From Bugula neritina (Eukaryota > Animalia > Bryozoa), in the NCBI GenBank assembly GCA_964035545.1, contig OZ037767.1:6588707-6652706 (forward strand): 64,000 nucleotides of DNA, in the 5' to 3' direction. This document shows, in pieces, positions 48,902 to 62,905 of the stretch (position 1 is its first letter; the number at the start of each line of letters is the position of its first letter). The position numbers and the translations under genes were made by a program. Under the pieces are notes generated by a model that had not been told where the DNA came from, ran no database searches, and saw nothing but the letters and a program-made list of their open reading frames with translations.

Positions 48902-49339
48902 TCATGTATATATATATATATATCAAGGGTAATAGTTTACAAAATATTTGTAATTGTGGGAATTATTGTTACGTAGCTTCTAGTGTTTTATTTAATGCTT
49001 TTAATAATTTCCTTGACTTGTTGCCATATTCCAAACAGTTTGATCTCTTCAAACTATTAGTGTATATATACTTATTAGAATATAATCTTTTCATTATTTT
49101 GGCTTTCTTTCTAAACTCAATATCCTTCGATGTTGATATGCGATAGTAGTTTTGAAACAGTAATAGGTTTATCATATAATATACTGGTGGGTTTAAATAA
49201 CACCCAAAATGAAACCGGTGCCTAATAAAATGGTGTTCAATACGTCAAGTATGTCTAACAAATTTTCAGATTGATTATACTCATTTGTAGACTTTATAAG
49301 GTAAATTTCAAGACTTAACCTATAAAATCACCGGAGAAA

Positions 49340-49580
49340 TATGTTTATGAGATTTATCTCCCCTTGACATGTGTACACAGTACGTTTTCTCTCAAATATA
49401 CAGACACAGTATTGCTTGAACTGTTGTGAAATAGTTTTAATAAAAGTTTTCAATTTAAAAACTGTTATGTATTATTGTATTTTGTCCTTTCTGTTTTAGA
49501 CTAGTTTATTTGAAGGACAAGTACAGCTGTGCGTTTACAAAGTCTCTGTAGAGTGTTTATTTGGTACAGTTTAAGTTACA
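49340..49580 (+). pseudogene. Relic of ALF-like gene exon 3 and its upstream intron
   Basis: AG|TSLFEGQVQLCVYKVSVECLFGTV* at 49500-49574 versus TSLFGRQIQLHVYKISVQHLSGTVQ at 34965. Confidence 0.75.
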
Positions 49581-52255
49581 CCTATATATACATAAGGTTT
49601 ACCTGAGGTCAGCTCAGCACAAATTATTCTGTCCTGCTTACACCATAGTCATCATCAGGTGTAGATGTGGAATCAATCAAACATAGTCACTTTGTTATCC
49701 GGCGTCAGTTTAGGTCATAGTTGAGATTAGATTTGACCAAGGAAAGGTTTTGTTCCTCCTTTAATGAGAAAGTGTAAACTCCTATTGGCCATGATTTAAA
49801 GCATCTGCATGAAGCAAATTTTGGTAAAATATAAGCTACACATAGTTTTTCTTTTAGCATAAAATTTTCTTGTGGCTTTTTGTTGCGTTACATTGGTTTT
49901 TGTAATATTAAACAAAGTATTTTTCATAATTCTGATCAAGAGCCTTGAACGGAAAATTAATACTTCCTACAGGCTGTACCATTCATGACTGTTGTCAACT
50001 TTAGCTACAGTTTCATAACATGTGCAGTTTTCATTTTTGCAGGACAATATTATGTTTATTACGTATAGCAATGAAATATGTTTATAATGCTTGTTATCAC
50101 AATTGCTACACCAGCTATGTGACACACCATCTCTTTGTTTAAAACATTTAAATTAGTCTCTGTTTGCATATCACCATCACCAACTGTCATGCTGAGAATT
50201 GCTTTGCACTTCTCTGTTTAACGATAGGCATAGCCTTGCATGTTTTTACATTGCCTTTATTTAGTTTAGTTTGAATATAGTTTTGGCCTTTTTTGCTTAT
50301 TATTTTTTTTAGTCAATCATGGTAGAGTTTTCCTTTAACTTTTTTCGTAACTCCATAAAACTACAGCTGGTATTATTTTTTCATTCTATATGTATAAACT
50401 TCCGTATTCCTCCTACCATTACCTTATTTGATGGCGTAGTGCAGTTTATCTGCCTGCGTGAATTTTTGACTACGCTATAGCACGTGTATAAACAATCTCT
50501 GCTAGTTGACTGTAGCTGATCTGTATATAGCATCTACAATGCGTACTATTGCTTTACGGTTCTCATTTGTTACTGGCTTTAATTTACTTAAATTATTATA
50601 TACGCACGCTGTACACATCAATCACTGTAGCTTTTTCAGTTTGTTCCACTGTTGCATTGCGCAAATACATTCGTTTTATGCAGCCAAAGGCTGCATGATA
50701 AAAGCTGGTTCTAGGAGCTTATACTATTAGCTCTGCTGTTTCAAACTCAAAGATTAGATAACTAACGCCTCGCTATACTGCTGAATATTGGTGGTGCACA
50801 AATACTTTAGAGTATGTTGACATAACCAGTACAGCCTATATTAAGTTGAATATTTTTCAATTATACTTAGGTATTTTTAGAAATTAATTTTCTGACCCTA
50901 TTATCAAATTTTAATAAATATAGTACTTATCATATCAATTATTTCTTTATAAAAACATCTAATACTTTTTCAACCTATAATGTTTATGCACAAGGGAGGA
51001 GTCTGTGTAATTAGTGGTTTGCTTGCTTCTTAAGCAAAAAAAGAGTTTGTACGCCTCATAGCTACTAATATTATGGACATAATTTTGACTTGTTTGACAT
51101 TGTTATCTAATAAAAGCTAATATTGAGAAACGCATAATTTAACTTAGCTGTAATTTTTGGTTAGCATCTATTAAAGCATCATTTTACCTAAAAAAATTTG
51201 AATCTATGAACTTGAAGTTTACTTTTGTTTTACTTCTATAACTGTCCCATTGTTATAATGCAAATTCAATTTGTTATTAATTTAGTCTAATTATCTAGCT
51301 ATATTCATAGCTTTGTTCTAATATCTGAAAATGTGTATTTATAACATACATTTGCTTTGATATATTTTTTATACAACTGTTCATATAATTTAAATACATT
51401 TAATAACTTACAAAAGCTAGTTAGTTTATATATGCAATTATAGGAAAGATGGCTATATAATAGTTTATAATTGTAATCTATTATAGTTTTAAATACATTC
51501 AAGCACATTACAATTTATTTCTTGAAGTTGTTTTTAAAACACAAATCAAAAAATTATTAATTCTACTCTGCTATAGTCATGCATTTAACTAAGACAGACA
51601 TTTATAATATGCTATTAGTACAGAAGAATTACCTATATAAGCTTCTTTATATAACAATATTTTCAGCAAACTTGAATAATTTTGCTAACTACAGTAGATC
51701 TTGTTAATTAGAGGATGCATAAGAATAACAAGTTGCAGTAGAGTTTGGAACCCCTAAGTAACATCTTCTTTAGTTATATTGCTACAGTTTCTGTTACTGC
51801 TAAATGTCAAACAGTGCACATGTTTAGATGATTAGTGCATATTGCAATTTTCTAAATGTTGGCTAAATACTCAAAATCTTTTGTATTGGCAGTAATTCTT
51901 TATTTATAAATCTTGAATGAAGACTTCAACAAATTTTCACACAAAGAAATAATAAACTTAGCAAACAAAAATTATTAATTACATTGGTCAATATTATATA
52001 TAGTCACTTGATTATAAGTTGCTGATTTAAATGCAACTGTAATATAAAAAAAGTGTGGTTAAAATAATTAAAAACCTTGCTCCTTTTGCAATTTGACTTT
52101 TGATATATATAAAGTTTAAATTTATCTGACAATGAAGAAATTGAAATTTAACTTGTTTAGTGGAAAATTGACAACTATACTTATAAAGTAAACAGGTATA
52201 GCTGCATGTTAGTTAAAACAGCGTGAAAAGTGTAAGCAATGAAATAAGAAATTAT

Positions 52256-52894
52256 TTATATTTTCTTTTTTGATGACTTGGAAGTACCAAAAATAAAAGA
52301 GATGATGAGCCAAACCATGGCCCATGCAAGTGCAATCCATCCTGCTTTCATCACCAACTTTGACCAGTTGGCAGAAATATATGCTGCAAGACTATTTGCA
52401 CCCTTCCTGACAAACGTACAAATACTGGAAGCAACTCTTAAAATGTCTTCTTTAGGAACAAATAATTTCAAAACAGCAAACAAGTTTCTGTAAAGCTCTT
52501 CATTATCTGCATAATTAGCTGTTATCACTCCACACAATGCCACACAATTATCTGCTAATAAAGCCCATCGCAGATGCATCAGATTCTCAACAATGCAGGC
52601 CATTAAACATAGAATGCTGACAAGATCATTTAGCATTGAAATCAAATGTTCCTTGGACTTGATTGAATTCACAAGTTTAGAAACAGCAAGAAATTTTTCT
52701 ATATTCTCTTGTCCAAAAATCTCTTCAAGAGATTTGCCATCAATTCTGATCAAACCAGTGAGGGTTTCCAGCACAGGTGTTCTCTCAATTGCTTCAGAAA
52801 TTAAAGGAGTCCAGTTCTTGAGCTGTTCACAAAGCAAGTCAAGGACCGTGCCTTCAGTTGCTGTTATTACCTTTTCCGACAGCTTTAAGTCCAT
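52256..52894 (-). CDS. Orphan array protein copy 3 (212 aa, starts MDLKLS)
   Basis: Intact ORF; acceptor AATAG|A before the ATG at 52894; exon-1 donor at 53701/53700. Confidence 0.85.
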   Translation of the reverse strand: MDLKLSEKVITATEGTVLDLLCEQLKNWTPLISEAIERTPVLETLTGLIRIDGKSLEEIFGQENIEKFLAVSKLVNSIKSKEHLISMLNDLVSILCLMACIVENLMHLRWALLADNCVALCGVITANYADNEELYRNLFAVLKLFVPKEDILRVASSICTFVRKGANSLAAYISANWSKLVMKAGWIALAWAMVWLIISFIFGTSKSSKKKI

Positions 52895-54624
52895 TCTATT
52901 CAAATATAAGTGAAAGTAAATAAATGGAAACGCATGCAAATAATTCTAATAAAAAGCAAATAATGTTTATACAAAAAAATCACTCTCAAAACACACATAT
53001 GGTTATACACAAGCTCAAAGCCAGTGATTGAAAAAATAAATACAATAATATAAGGTTTTTAGCACTGGCAGCTAGTTGTCAGATTCACCAGTAAACAATA
53101 TATTTTTCGAGGAGTAAATACTGCAAGCAATAAATATGCATTACATAATGACTACAATACTGTTAAAGTGAAAAACTAGCAATGAAAAGTTAAATGGTCA
53201 ACGTAATATTGTAAACTTCATATTATTATTCTGTAGTAACCTATATGATGCACCATGCAAATGATCAATCATGCTTTTAGGCCCACAAAACTTTCTCTCC
53301 ACAAAAGCTCGATTAATGCTTTCAGTTATAAGTTATTGGCTAACTTTGACACTGCGCAAACCCTGCATGATGCCTTTCATATAGTATTTTAATTTACACT
53401 TTAGCATAGTTGTAATAAATTATTAATTAGCTTGTTGTAGTAACTCAGGATCTAATGATGTTGTCTACCTGAAAATAATGTTTGACTATTTTTATAATAT
53501 AATTATTATGCTGTAATTTTTTTTCTTTTCACCTTCAATCTGCATTAGTCTGTAAAAGTAATTAGAAATTAGTAAAAGTACAGACTAAAGTTTATTTATC
53601 TAAACAAATATTGCACCAAATAGTATTTGCTAGTATGTATTATAAAAAAAATTATTACTTGCCACTTCAATATAATGTAGGATATTTTTTAAAGATTTAC
53701 CTTAAAATTGTCTTGGTTGAAGCCGGGATGCACTTAAAATGAAATATCGTGTTGACAATATCAATATGAATTGTTGATGTAGTTTGATAATTTTTTTAGC
53801 ACTGGACCACCATTTGGCACGCATTTGCTGAGTGATCGCTTGCTAATGTTGTACGGGACTACGTCAATTTTATATCAATACAGCACAACTTAAGAACCTA
53901 TGAATTTGCATGAAATATTTTATGTCAATTCTAAGAAATATGTCATATCTTTCAGCTTTTGGCATTTTCCCAGATGTCTTTTGTACTGTTTGCTTACCAC
54001 ACCCCTTAAATCAAACTGATTAAATTTGATAACGGTCTTGTGAAGTTTTAAAATAGATATCCCAATGTCCCCTGTATTAGTTAACACATACTTATATATT
54101 AGCCTAATCTCTATACTAGCAGCATGTACCATCATATATTATACAGCTCTCGATGTTGTGCCTCATGTATATATCAAAAGTTTACAGCTGCAATATAGTT
54201 TTGGCTTAAACAAAATATCTGTTATGTATGGTAATATATTGTCAGCTTTGATAATTCTGGTGTTTTATTTAATGCTTTTGGTAATTTCCTTGCTACAATT
54301 CTAAACAATTTGGTCTCTTCAAGTTATCAGTGTATATACTTATATTAGAATAAAATCTTTTCATTATCTTCGCTTTCCTTCTAAACTTGTTATCCTTCAA
54401 TTTTTATATGGTGCTTAATAGAAGATTTAAAAAAAAGCAATAGGTTTATCACTTACTGGTGGGTTTAAATAACACCAGAAATGAAACCGGTGCCTAAAAA
54501 ATGGTGCTTACTACGTTGAGTATTTCAATTGAATTTTCAGATTGGTTATACTCATTTGTATACTTCATAGGCTAAATCTGTGTAGATGTTACCTATAATA
54601 AAATCATCGATAGAAAAATATGTG

Positions 54625-54860
54625 TATGAGATTCATCTCATCTTGCCAAATGTACACAGTAGGTTTTCTCTCAACTATACAGACACAGTATTGCTTGAAC
54701 TGTTTTGAAATTAGTTTAATGAAAGTTTTCAATTTAGAAAGTTTAATACATCATTGTTGTTTGTCTTTTCTGTTTTATACTAGTTTGTTTGAAAGAAAAT
54801 ACATGCAGCTGTACATTTACAAGGTCTCTGCATGTAGAGTATTTATCTGGTACATGCCGT
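54625..54860 (+). pseudogene. Second relic of ALF-like exon 3
   Basis: ATACAGACACAGTATTGCTTGAACTG...ACTAGTTTGTTTGAAAG...CAGCTGTACATTTACAAGGTCTCTG; acceptor lost, with indels. Confidence 0.7.
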
Positions 54861-55059
54861 TCACTTATGCCTACTTGAGGTTCCCCTATCCTGCTTACAC
54901 CATGCATAGTCCATATCAGGTGTAGATGTGAGGGCAATCAACCATCATCACATTGCCTTAAGTGAAACGCATCCTACCGTTGTCACCAATGTTGACCAGT
55001 CATCAGTAATATAAAAGCTACAAGACTATTTGCACTCTGCATGATCCAACTCCAAACAA

Positions 55060-55526
55060 TGGAAGCTAACTCTTAACATTTCTTCTCTAGGAGTCAATGA
55101 CTTCAAGGCATTAAACAACTTTCTTTAAAGCTCATTTTCTGCAGCAGCATGAGCTTCTATCTTTCTAAACAGCTTCACACAATCAACTGCTACTAAAGGC
55201 AATTGCATTTTCTTAAAATCCACAACTATACAGGTAAACAAAGAATGCTGACAATATCCATTAGCACTTAAATCATTTTTTCCTTTGATTTAATTACGTT
55301 TAGGAGTTTGGCAACAGCAAGAACAATTTTTTTTTATCTTTTTTGCCCAAAAGTATCTTCAAGATCTACCACCAAATGTTATCATACCAATAAGGAGTTT
55401 TAACACAAGCGTTTTCTCAATTGCTTCAGAAATTACAAGACCCCAGTTCTGAAGCTGTCTTTTCAGGGAACTGTGGACAGTTTTTTGATTTGCACATTTT
55501 AAGTTTTCTAGCAGGTTTAAATTCAT
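55060..55526 (-). pseudogene. Orphan array copy 4, frameshifted and 3'-truncated
   Basis: MNLNLLENLKCANQKTVHSSLKRQLQNWGLVISEAIEKTLVLKLLIGMITFGGRS*, followed by frameshifted homology; acceptor mutated AG to GG; exon-1 donor retained at 59557/59556. Confidence 0.85.
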
Positions 55527-57464
55527 TCCAAAAAAAGTGCAGCATTCAATTTAAAAAAAATGGTTATGCAAATAATTTCACTTATATATAATATAAAAAA
55601 TGTTCATGTTGAAAACACTCACATCACGTACATATTTGGTTGTTATATGAATGCGAAAAGTGATGATTGGAAGAAAAATATGTTAATAATATACACACTG
55701 GTTGCTTATTGTTAAATCACCAGCCTGCAATATCTCATCATTTGCTAAATAAATACTGCACAGCAATCTTGGAAAATTATGTGACAATGTGCCCAGAAGC
55801 AAAATTGTAGGATATGCCATAGATATAGATCTTTAGCATGCAGAAAACACTGAAAAAAGAAGTAATTATTTTATAACAGCTTAACCTGAATAATGTGTTT
55901 ACTTGCACTAGAATGAAATAAGAGGATATCCTGTCACTACTACTTCTTGCTATTTATTTACACCAAGTGATCAGAAAATATAGACTCTAATCTAATAATA
56001 GCATAATATGTTGATATTTATATAGCTCAATAAGCAAATAAAGAAAGAAACTGAAATATGTGACATTCAACAGTTTTGGACTAAAGTTTTGCAGCACTTA
56101 CACTTGACATCAAGCTATGTTACCAAATAAATGTTAACATTTAAATACTTTGCAGTAGCATGATCACATAAAATGGTTTAATTAATATTATAGAGATTAG
56201 CAACAGAGTTAAAAAGTTTTCAACAACATTTTCTTTTATTCTGTACCTCAAACCATTGTTTAATAAAAATTACTTTGACCAAGTCCAAGTGTACTGCAAC
56301 TATGTCAGCATTGTCAGCTATTAAGGTTTTCAAAGTCCATGATAAATCAGAATACAAAGGTTGACTTATAAGTTCAAAAGGTACTTTTGAACTGACTGAT
56401 AAAAGCTCTAAACTTTGATCGCAAGAATATTGTCATTAAACAAATATAATCTTAAAAAAATGTTTATTTTATTTGATAAACATTATTAAAAGTAACATGC
56501 TATGCCTTAAATCAAAAGAAACTTCCGACCTTTATCAATAACTGATCAACTTATGCTGGAATTTGTCTATGCTAAAAAATATCTATAGAAGATTAAAGCC
56601 AAAATTTGTCCCATAGCCATTTTATTTTTGGGATAAATCAAAAGAGCAGTAAATGTGTGACTTGGTAATTGTGGAATTAAAGTAGTGTGTAATAACCATG
56701 TAGAAACACTACTGCACTTACTGCACAGTGATAACTTGATTTTTAAACATTGCATTATATATAACTGAGTTAAATCAATCACAGTTCTTTACAATAAAAA
56801 ATTAATGCCGGTTGATTGACAGATTATTAACTATTAAACTTGCTTGAAAAGCTGATAGTAGGCTATTTCCATAAACTTTTAAACAAGATTTGTATCCTCC
56901 TTGCATGTACATGTGATCCTCCAACTCAATTATTAGAATCAGTCGCATTAAAATACAGAGTATGGCTCTCATGTAAAATTTTAATTAAGCTTACAAATTT
57001 TTTGGATAAATAGCATGCCCTATATTTACATATTTCAGTAAGTTTCATGCACAAGTATCTATTGGTAAAATTTAGAAAAAAAGCTTGACAATGCTGCAGT
57101 GGCAGCTATATAAGGATATAAAATCAATAAATATTCGGTGCTTAGCTGTCACCATTCTGGTAATAGTTACAGTACAGACAAAGTGTTCAGCAGTCAGTGT
57201 TGGCATGAGCTACGTTGTCTTTTTTAATAAGCTGTTGCATTGCTTAATTATTCTAATCGTACCATGTTATTACACCAAGGAGTTATGCTACCATGAGGGA
57301 TAAGCTGAGTTTTACATAGTTTTACATGTTGGATTGCTGGACAGGAAGTATTGTTTTATTTGACTCGCTATAGGGATCACGTATTAACATAACTCAATAT
57401 AACAATGAGATAATAAGATAACTCTTTGGTATAATAACATGGTGTGATTAAAATATTTAAGTAA

Positions 57465-57686
57465 TCTCACGCAAGTTTATAGTTGCCATCCCTGTGAGAA
57501 AACCCCTGATGGAAGGAGTTTTTGTTAAATCAGGTTAGGGATTTTTTCATATGTGGTACATCCAGGAGCAATTATGACTGGATGCTTTTCCTAACATCAC
57601 CAAGGGCCTTTGTCAGGGCTCAAATCCATGACTTATAGTCCTTGCTATAGGCAAACGCTCTAACCCCTAGACCAAAGGTACTTCCT
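57465..57686 (-). mobile_element. tRNA-derived SINE, copy D
   Basis: Same body and head as copies A-C. Confidence 0.7.
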
Positions 57687-57814
57687 AGAACAACTAAGTA
57701 ATGTAATAAGAAGACAAGGCGGCTCAAACTAACATGGGCTGTTGAATATTTTGTATGCACTGTAACTAAGCATTGCTAATAATTTTAATATTTTGTCAAA
57801 ATAACTAATTAATA

Positions 57815-59141
57815 TAGGGGTAACGGGGGGGGGGGGGGGGGCACAACGGGCCGAATTTTGCATTTTTTGCTCTCATCCGTCTGTTTTTCAAGTTAATAGT
57901 TCAATAATCTCCAGTCTTAATGCTGCATCTGTTGTCTATTACAGGTATCAGTTTGTTGTTTCTATCTCTCTCACAACTTTCAGAATAATGACATTTTCTT
58001 GACGAAAAAATCGGCCCATTGTGCCCGGCCCGGTGCCGGGGTACAATGGGCCACTGGGTGGGACACAACAAGTATATTGAAACTTTGCAGATTTTGTTGC
58101 ATCTGATCTTTATTTATTTAATATTACAAATAAATAAAAATATTCTTTCAGATCTAAAGCAAAATTTATGTTTTAGCTGTACAGTTTGTGCTACTACGGA
58201 TAGCAGAGGAAGGCAAAATCAAACGCACATCACTAGGTTCTACGGTGCCATTATCATTACTGTTTAGAACTAAAAATGTTTTTCATTTACACTTCAGAGA
58301 AACTTTTATCAGAAAAAAAAACTTTAGTAACATGTGCTACAAAATTTTGAGTGGACTTTTTTATGAACTGTTATAGCTAAGGTGCATGGCTTCGGTTTGT
58401 GGCTGGAGTACGGAAGGGAGAGGGGGGGAGCGAATGAGCAAATCACAATTTATTTTAGTCAAATACATGTATATTCTCTCAATAATATAATGTACAATGA
58501 ATATCATGACTATCTACTAGTAGCAACAGCAGAGTGTTTTGTATTATGTATAAAATAGCATAGCTCTAATCTCACCAGATGTATGTATTAGGAGAGCTTC
58601 ACCTTGTAGTTTTGTAGTCTTACCATGATGTCTTTGATATTTTACAAAAAGGTCAGAAATGGCTATATCTATAGATTTTAGTAACATTTCAACCAACTTT
58701 TTGGGCAAACAAACTAATAACAGTGATTAGGGTACAATAATCAGGTGGCCCCGGTCAGCGTGGCCCATTGTGCCCTGGATGACCAAATTGAACATAAATG
58801 TGCCTCAAGGAAAATTTATTTTAAAGTTTGCTGTTATACTAGTTATGCAATGTAGACACAAGCAATGGCAACAATGTTAGTAAAATCTAGGCTTGTTGCC
58901 TTTGAGTGTAAAAAGTTATAAAGCTTTAACGACATCCTAAAGATTTTACAAAAAGTAGCTAAAAACAGTTTTTCACTCGCCTTTTCAACACATATGTTTT
59001 GCAAGTGTTGAAACTACAATGGCTGAATATTTATGTCAATACCTTTTTATGAAAAAAAATCACAACTCTAAGTCAATAAGTTCTTGCACAAGTTGGCCGG
59101 CTTTTTGTACCCCTATGACCGTTGTGCCCCCGTTACCCCTA
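57815..59141. mobile_element. Non-autonomous DNA transposon, probably Tc1/mariner-pogo type (~1.3 kb)
   Basis: TIRs TAGGGGTAACG(n)CACAACGG...CCGTTGTGCCCCCGTTACCCCTA with TA flanks; internal GGCCCATTGTGCCC repeats at ~58013 and ~58762; no transposase ORF. Confidence 0.8.
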
Positions 59142-61907
59142 TAATTCTGCAAGTTTGAATGGCAAATTATGTGTATTGTCTGTTTTGTGTCTTATTTAGT
59201 AATTTTTTAAAAGTAATAAAATTAAATGTTTAATTTGCATTTGGAACATTACAAGCCTGGAGATGTATGAAATAGTTACATAGTTCATAGTTTTGCAGCA
59301 CTAAAGCCTTGAACCATTCTGATAAACAATGATGCATATATTATGTTATGAGCTAGATGTATTGTCAGGAGTATCAATTTATACAATATTACTATATTTT
59401 TATAGTACTTTTGCTTAATAATAAGAATTAAAACACTATTTAGTGAAACATTTATAGACTTTTACTTTATATTATTTGGTTGATAATTACACACTAAATA
59501 TTTACTATGAAACGGAACATATAATAGAAATTACGACATAATTTATGAGCATTTACCTTTGTATTGTATTGACTTCAGTTGGGATGTACTATAGATGAAT
59601 TATTGTATTGAAAATATTGATGACTTGTTGAAGTAGTTTAATAATTTAAACACAATTAATCACCATATATAATGACACTCACTACTTGACTGTTAGCTTG
59701 ATCATACATAACATAATGTTCCTCGTGATAACATCAATCTTATATCAATACAGCACAACTTAACAACCAATGAATTTGCATGAAATACTTTTTTCAATTC
59801 TAAAAAATATGTCATATCTTTCAGCTTTGGCATTTTTCTAGCTGTCTTTTTTACTGTTTACTTATCATCCATCTTAAATCAAACTGGTAGAATACTAAAG
59901 CAAGAAAGTTTTAAAACATGAAATACAGTACATCAAACTTTCAATAATGTATGCTTTATTTTTAAAACTATTTTTTAGAAAACTTTATCTATATAGCCTC
60001 TTTTATCTTTCTTAAGACTTACTATTGAATATAACTATACGCTGTACCCTTGTGACCCTAAGAGTTTCTCTAGCCACAATTTGGATTATACTTCCCAAGT
60101 TCCTGAAGCTCCCAGTTCAGTCTAAGTTCTAAATTTCATGATATAAAAGCAAATGTATTTATGCAATTTGTTTTTGCCAAGTATTTCAACAGTCTAATTA
60201 TGCATTTATGCAGTTTAATTGGAAAACTCAACAACTCAAATCTACTACGTTTAATAGAGATTTTTATTTTCTTAAAACTACTTTTGACATCATAGATTTT
60301 ACCTGTTTATAGTTCACTTTAAGCACATGCAGCTTTAAAATGTTCTTATTCCCCCCAGCTCAAAGAGGTGTCTGAATTTGATGAGATTTTTGTGATCAAA
60401 TTATCAAAATGTTTAACATATATCCCAGTGTCACTTATATGTATCAACTTATAGCTAACAACTATATTAGCGTAATTTCTACTAGCATAGCAGCATTTTT
60501 ATCATATACAACTCTTGATATTGTGCTTCATGAATCAAGAATAATGTTCATTGCTACAATAATATATAGTGTTGGTTTTTAAAACAGAGAAGAAAATGTT
60601 CTAGTTATAGTTTATTTACCTATGAGAACTTTTGGTGTTTTCATGTTTTTAACAATTTCTATGTCTTGTCGCGATCTTTAATATGGTCACCTTTCACTGT
60701 CATAGTTTTGCGCGGTTAGCTGGTGTTGCAATCTACAAAAGTCTCGTAGTATTTCAAGCTACCAGGCAGACTGCATCTTATGTTTTCTCAGCTTTTTAGT
60801 ATGTAAATAAGTAGTTTATATACTTTTTATAATACATTTTTTATTCTTTTCCTTAACCATTTAAACTTGATATGTTTCCGTTATCATTTGTGATAGCAGT
60901 TTTTAGAAACTAATATAGGTTAATAAAATGTTTACTGATAGACATAGCAGATGGTTAGGTTATCAACAATTTTATGATTCATGAATATACATGCATTGAG
61001 AAAAAAATAACAAATTATTGGCTTTTTAGAAACTGGTATAACTGAAGTTAAATCAGTGCTTAAAAAATGGTCTGTTTAATTTTTTTGCGTTAAGCATGTC
61101 AACCAGACTTTCAGATTAGTTATACTCGTTTAAAGACTTAAATACCCAAACTCCATTTATATAGTCATTATTAGAAAAACTGACTTGATCATCATCATCA
61201 TCTAACCTTAGAATGAACTTTAAAATGATAGGATTGGCAAACATCAAGTGACCCTGCTTTGTTGTTAAACTGTCAATCTTGCCTTCAAGCAATTGCCTTA
61301 CCTTATAAATGTTAGTTTTGCTTTAAACACTTTGGTTTTTCCTCATATAATAATTGCTATATTGACTGAGATCACAAATAAATTAGAACTACTATAATAC
61401 ATATATGTATAATGCTGCTGCACTAAACTTTATATACCTATCAAACTGAAAAAAGTGTCTTGTGTATTGGGCTGTACAACAATATTTTCAGTGACTTTAG
61501 CTGCAGTTTTAAAACATATTGTTCTTACTTTTGCATGAACTTTCTGTTTATTACAATATATAGCAGTACATGATTGTTATGCCTGTTATTACAATGGCTA
61601 CATACAGCAGCTACAATGTAAAATATTATCTCTTTTTTAAAGCATTTAAATCAAACTCTGTTTTTAATAATTTAAATATATCATCTTGGTGAGAAATGTT
61701 TTACAATTTTCCTTTTCATACTTGACATAATCATGTATTAAACACTGTTGGTTGTCATTTTAAAATTTTTCATGAAATGTATTTACATTGCTGTCATTTA
61801 GTTTAGTTAAAGCAGTTTAAGCATCACTTCAATAAGCTTCGCGTTCAGCCAGATGTGAAAATGTTGTAGTAATGGAAATCTGATACTTTGGAGTTATTGC
61901 ATATAGG

Positions 61908-61920
61908 TATATATATATAT

Positions 61921-61992
<72 letters not shown>
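61908..61992. repeat. (TA)n microsatellite
   Basis: Direct reading; a shorter one lies at ~28160-28188. Confidence 0.95.
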
Positions 61993-61994
<2 letters not shown>

Positions 61995-62905
61995 CTATTC
62001 AATATTTTAAAATTGGCCAAAGCTTGCATGTTGCTGTTAGCATGGAAAGAAATACACATGTGCATAAAATGAACTATGCAGAGGTTCTTGAATTAAATCA
62101 ATTTTTATACTGCTAGTGTAACCTATAGCATAGGCCATAAAATAAATGTAAACACTTATCAACTCCATGACGTTTTTTGTGATAGAAATTGAAAAAATGT
62201 TTCTTTCACAAAGCTATAATCATATGTAATTAAATTAAGTGAAAAATTTATTATATGAGAATAGTACAAAAAACATTTAGCTCTTCTATAAAAATGTTTT
62301 CAACAAACTTAAACCATTTTGGTACTTATGCAGATCTTGTTAATTAAAAGATGAAAGAATGACATGTTATAGTAACGGTCAGAACTTCTACAAAACCCAG
62401 TCTTGTTTTATAAGAGCCTTTATTTACCACACTGTCTATCCAACCATGAACATTTCTAAAGTTTTTTCTGCTGTTATAAGCATTGTACAGTGTTTAGATG
62501 ATTGATGAGTTTTAATAGTCTAAATGCTTAGATATTGAAGTGTTCTTTATTAATGATGAATTATTTAACAACAAGGATTGTTTACTAAGATGTTTTTATT
62601 TTGGAAACAAACTTATAAATCACAAATTGATTAACAGTCACCTGATAAAAAATATTAGTAATGTAATAATATGATAAAATTTATGGTCTATAATTTAAAC
62701 AATACAGCGTTTTACTGTCTTTTGTTATTTGAATCTCAGTGCAAAACTTACATATATAAATGACACTAAATAAATTAAACATCAGCTTTGTTCAATTTAA
62801 AGTATGCATGTGCTTTATAAAGTTAACAAGTATAACTACACGTGAATTAGAATTATATAGCAGCATAAGAATGTATAATGTTATAACGCCATAATTGCTT
62901 TAAAG

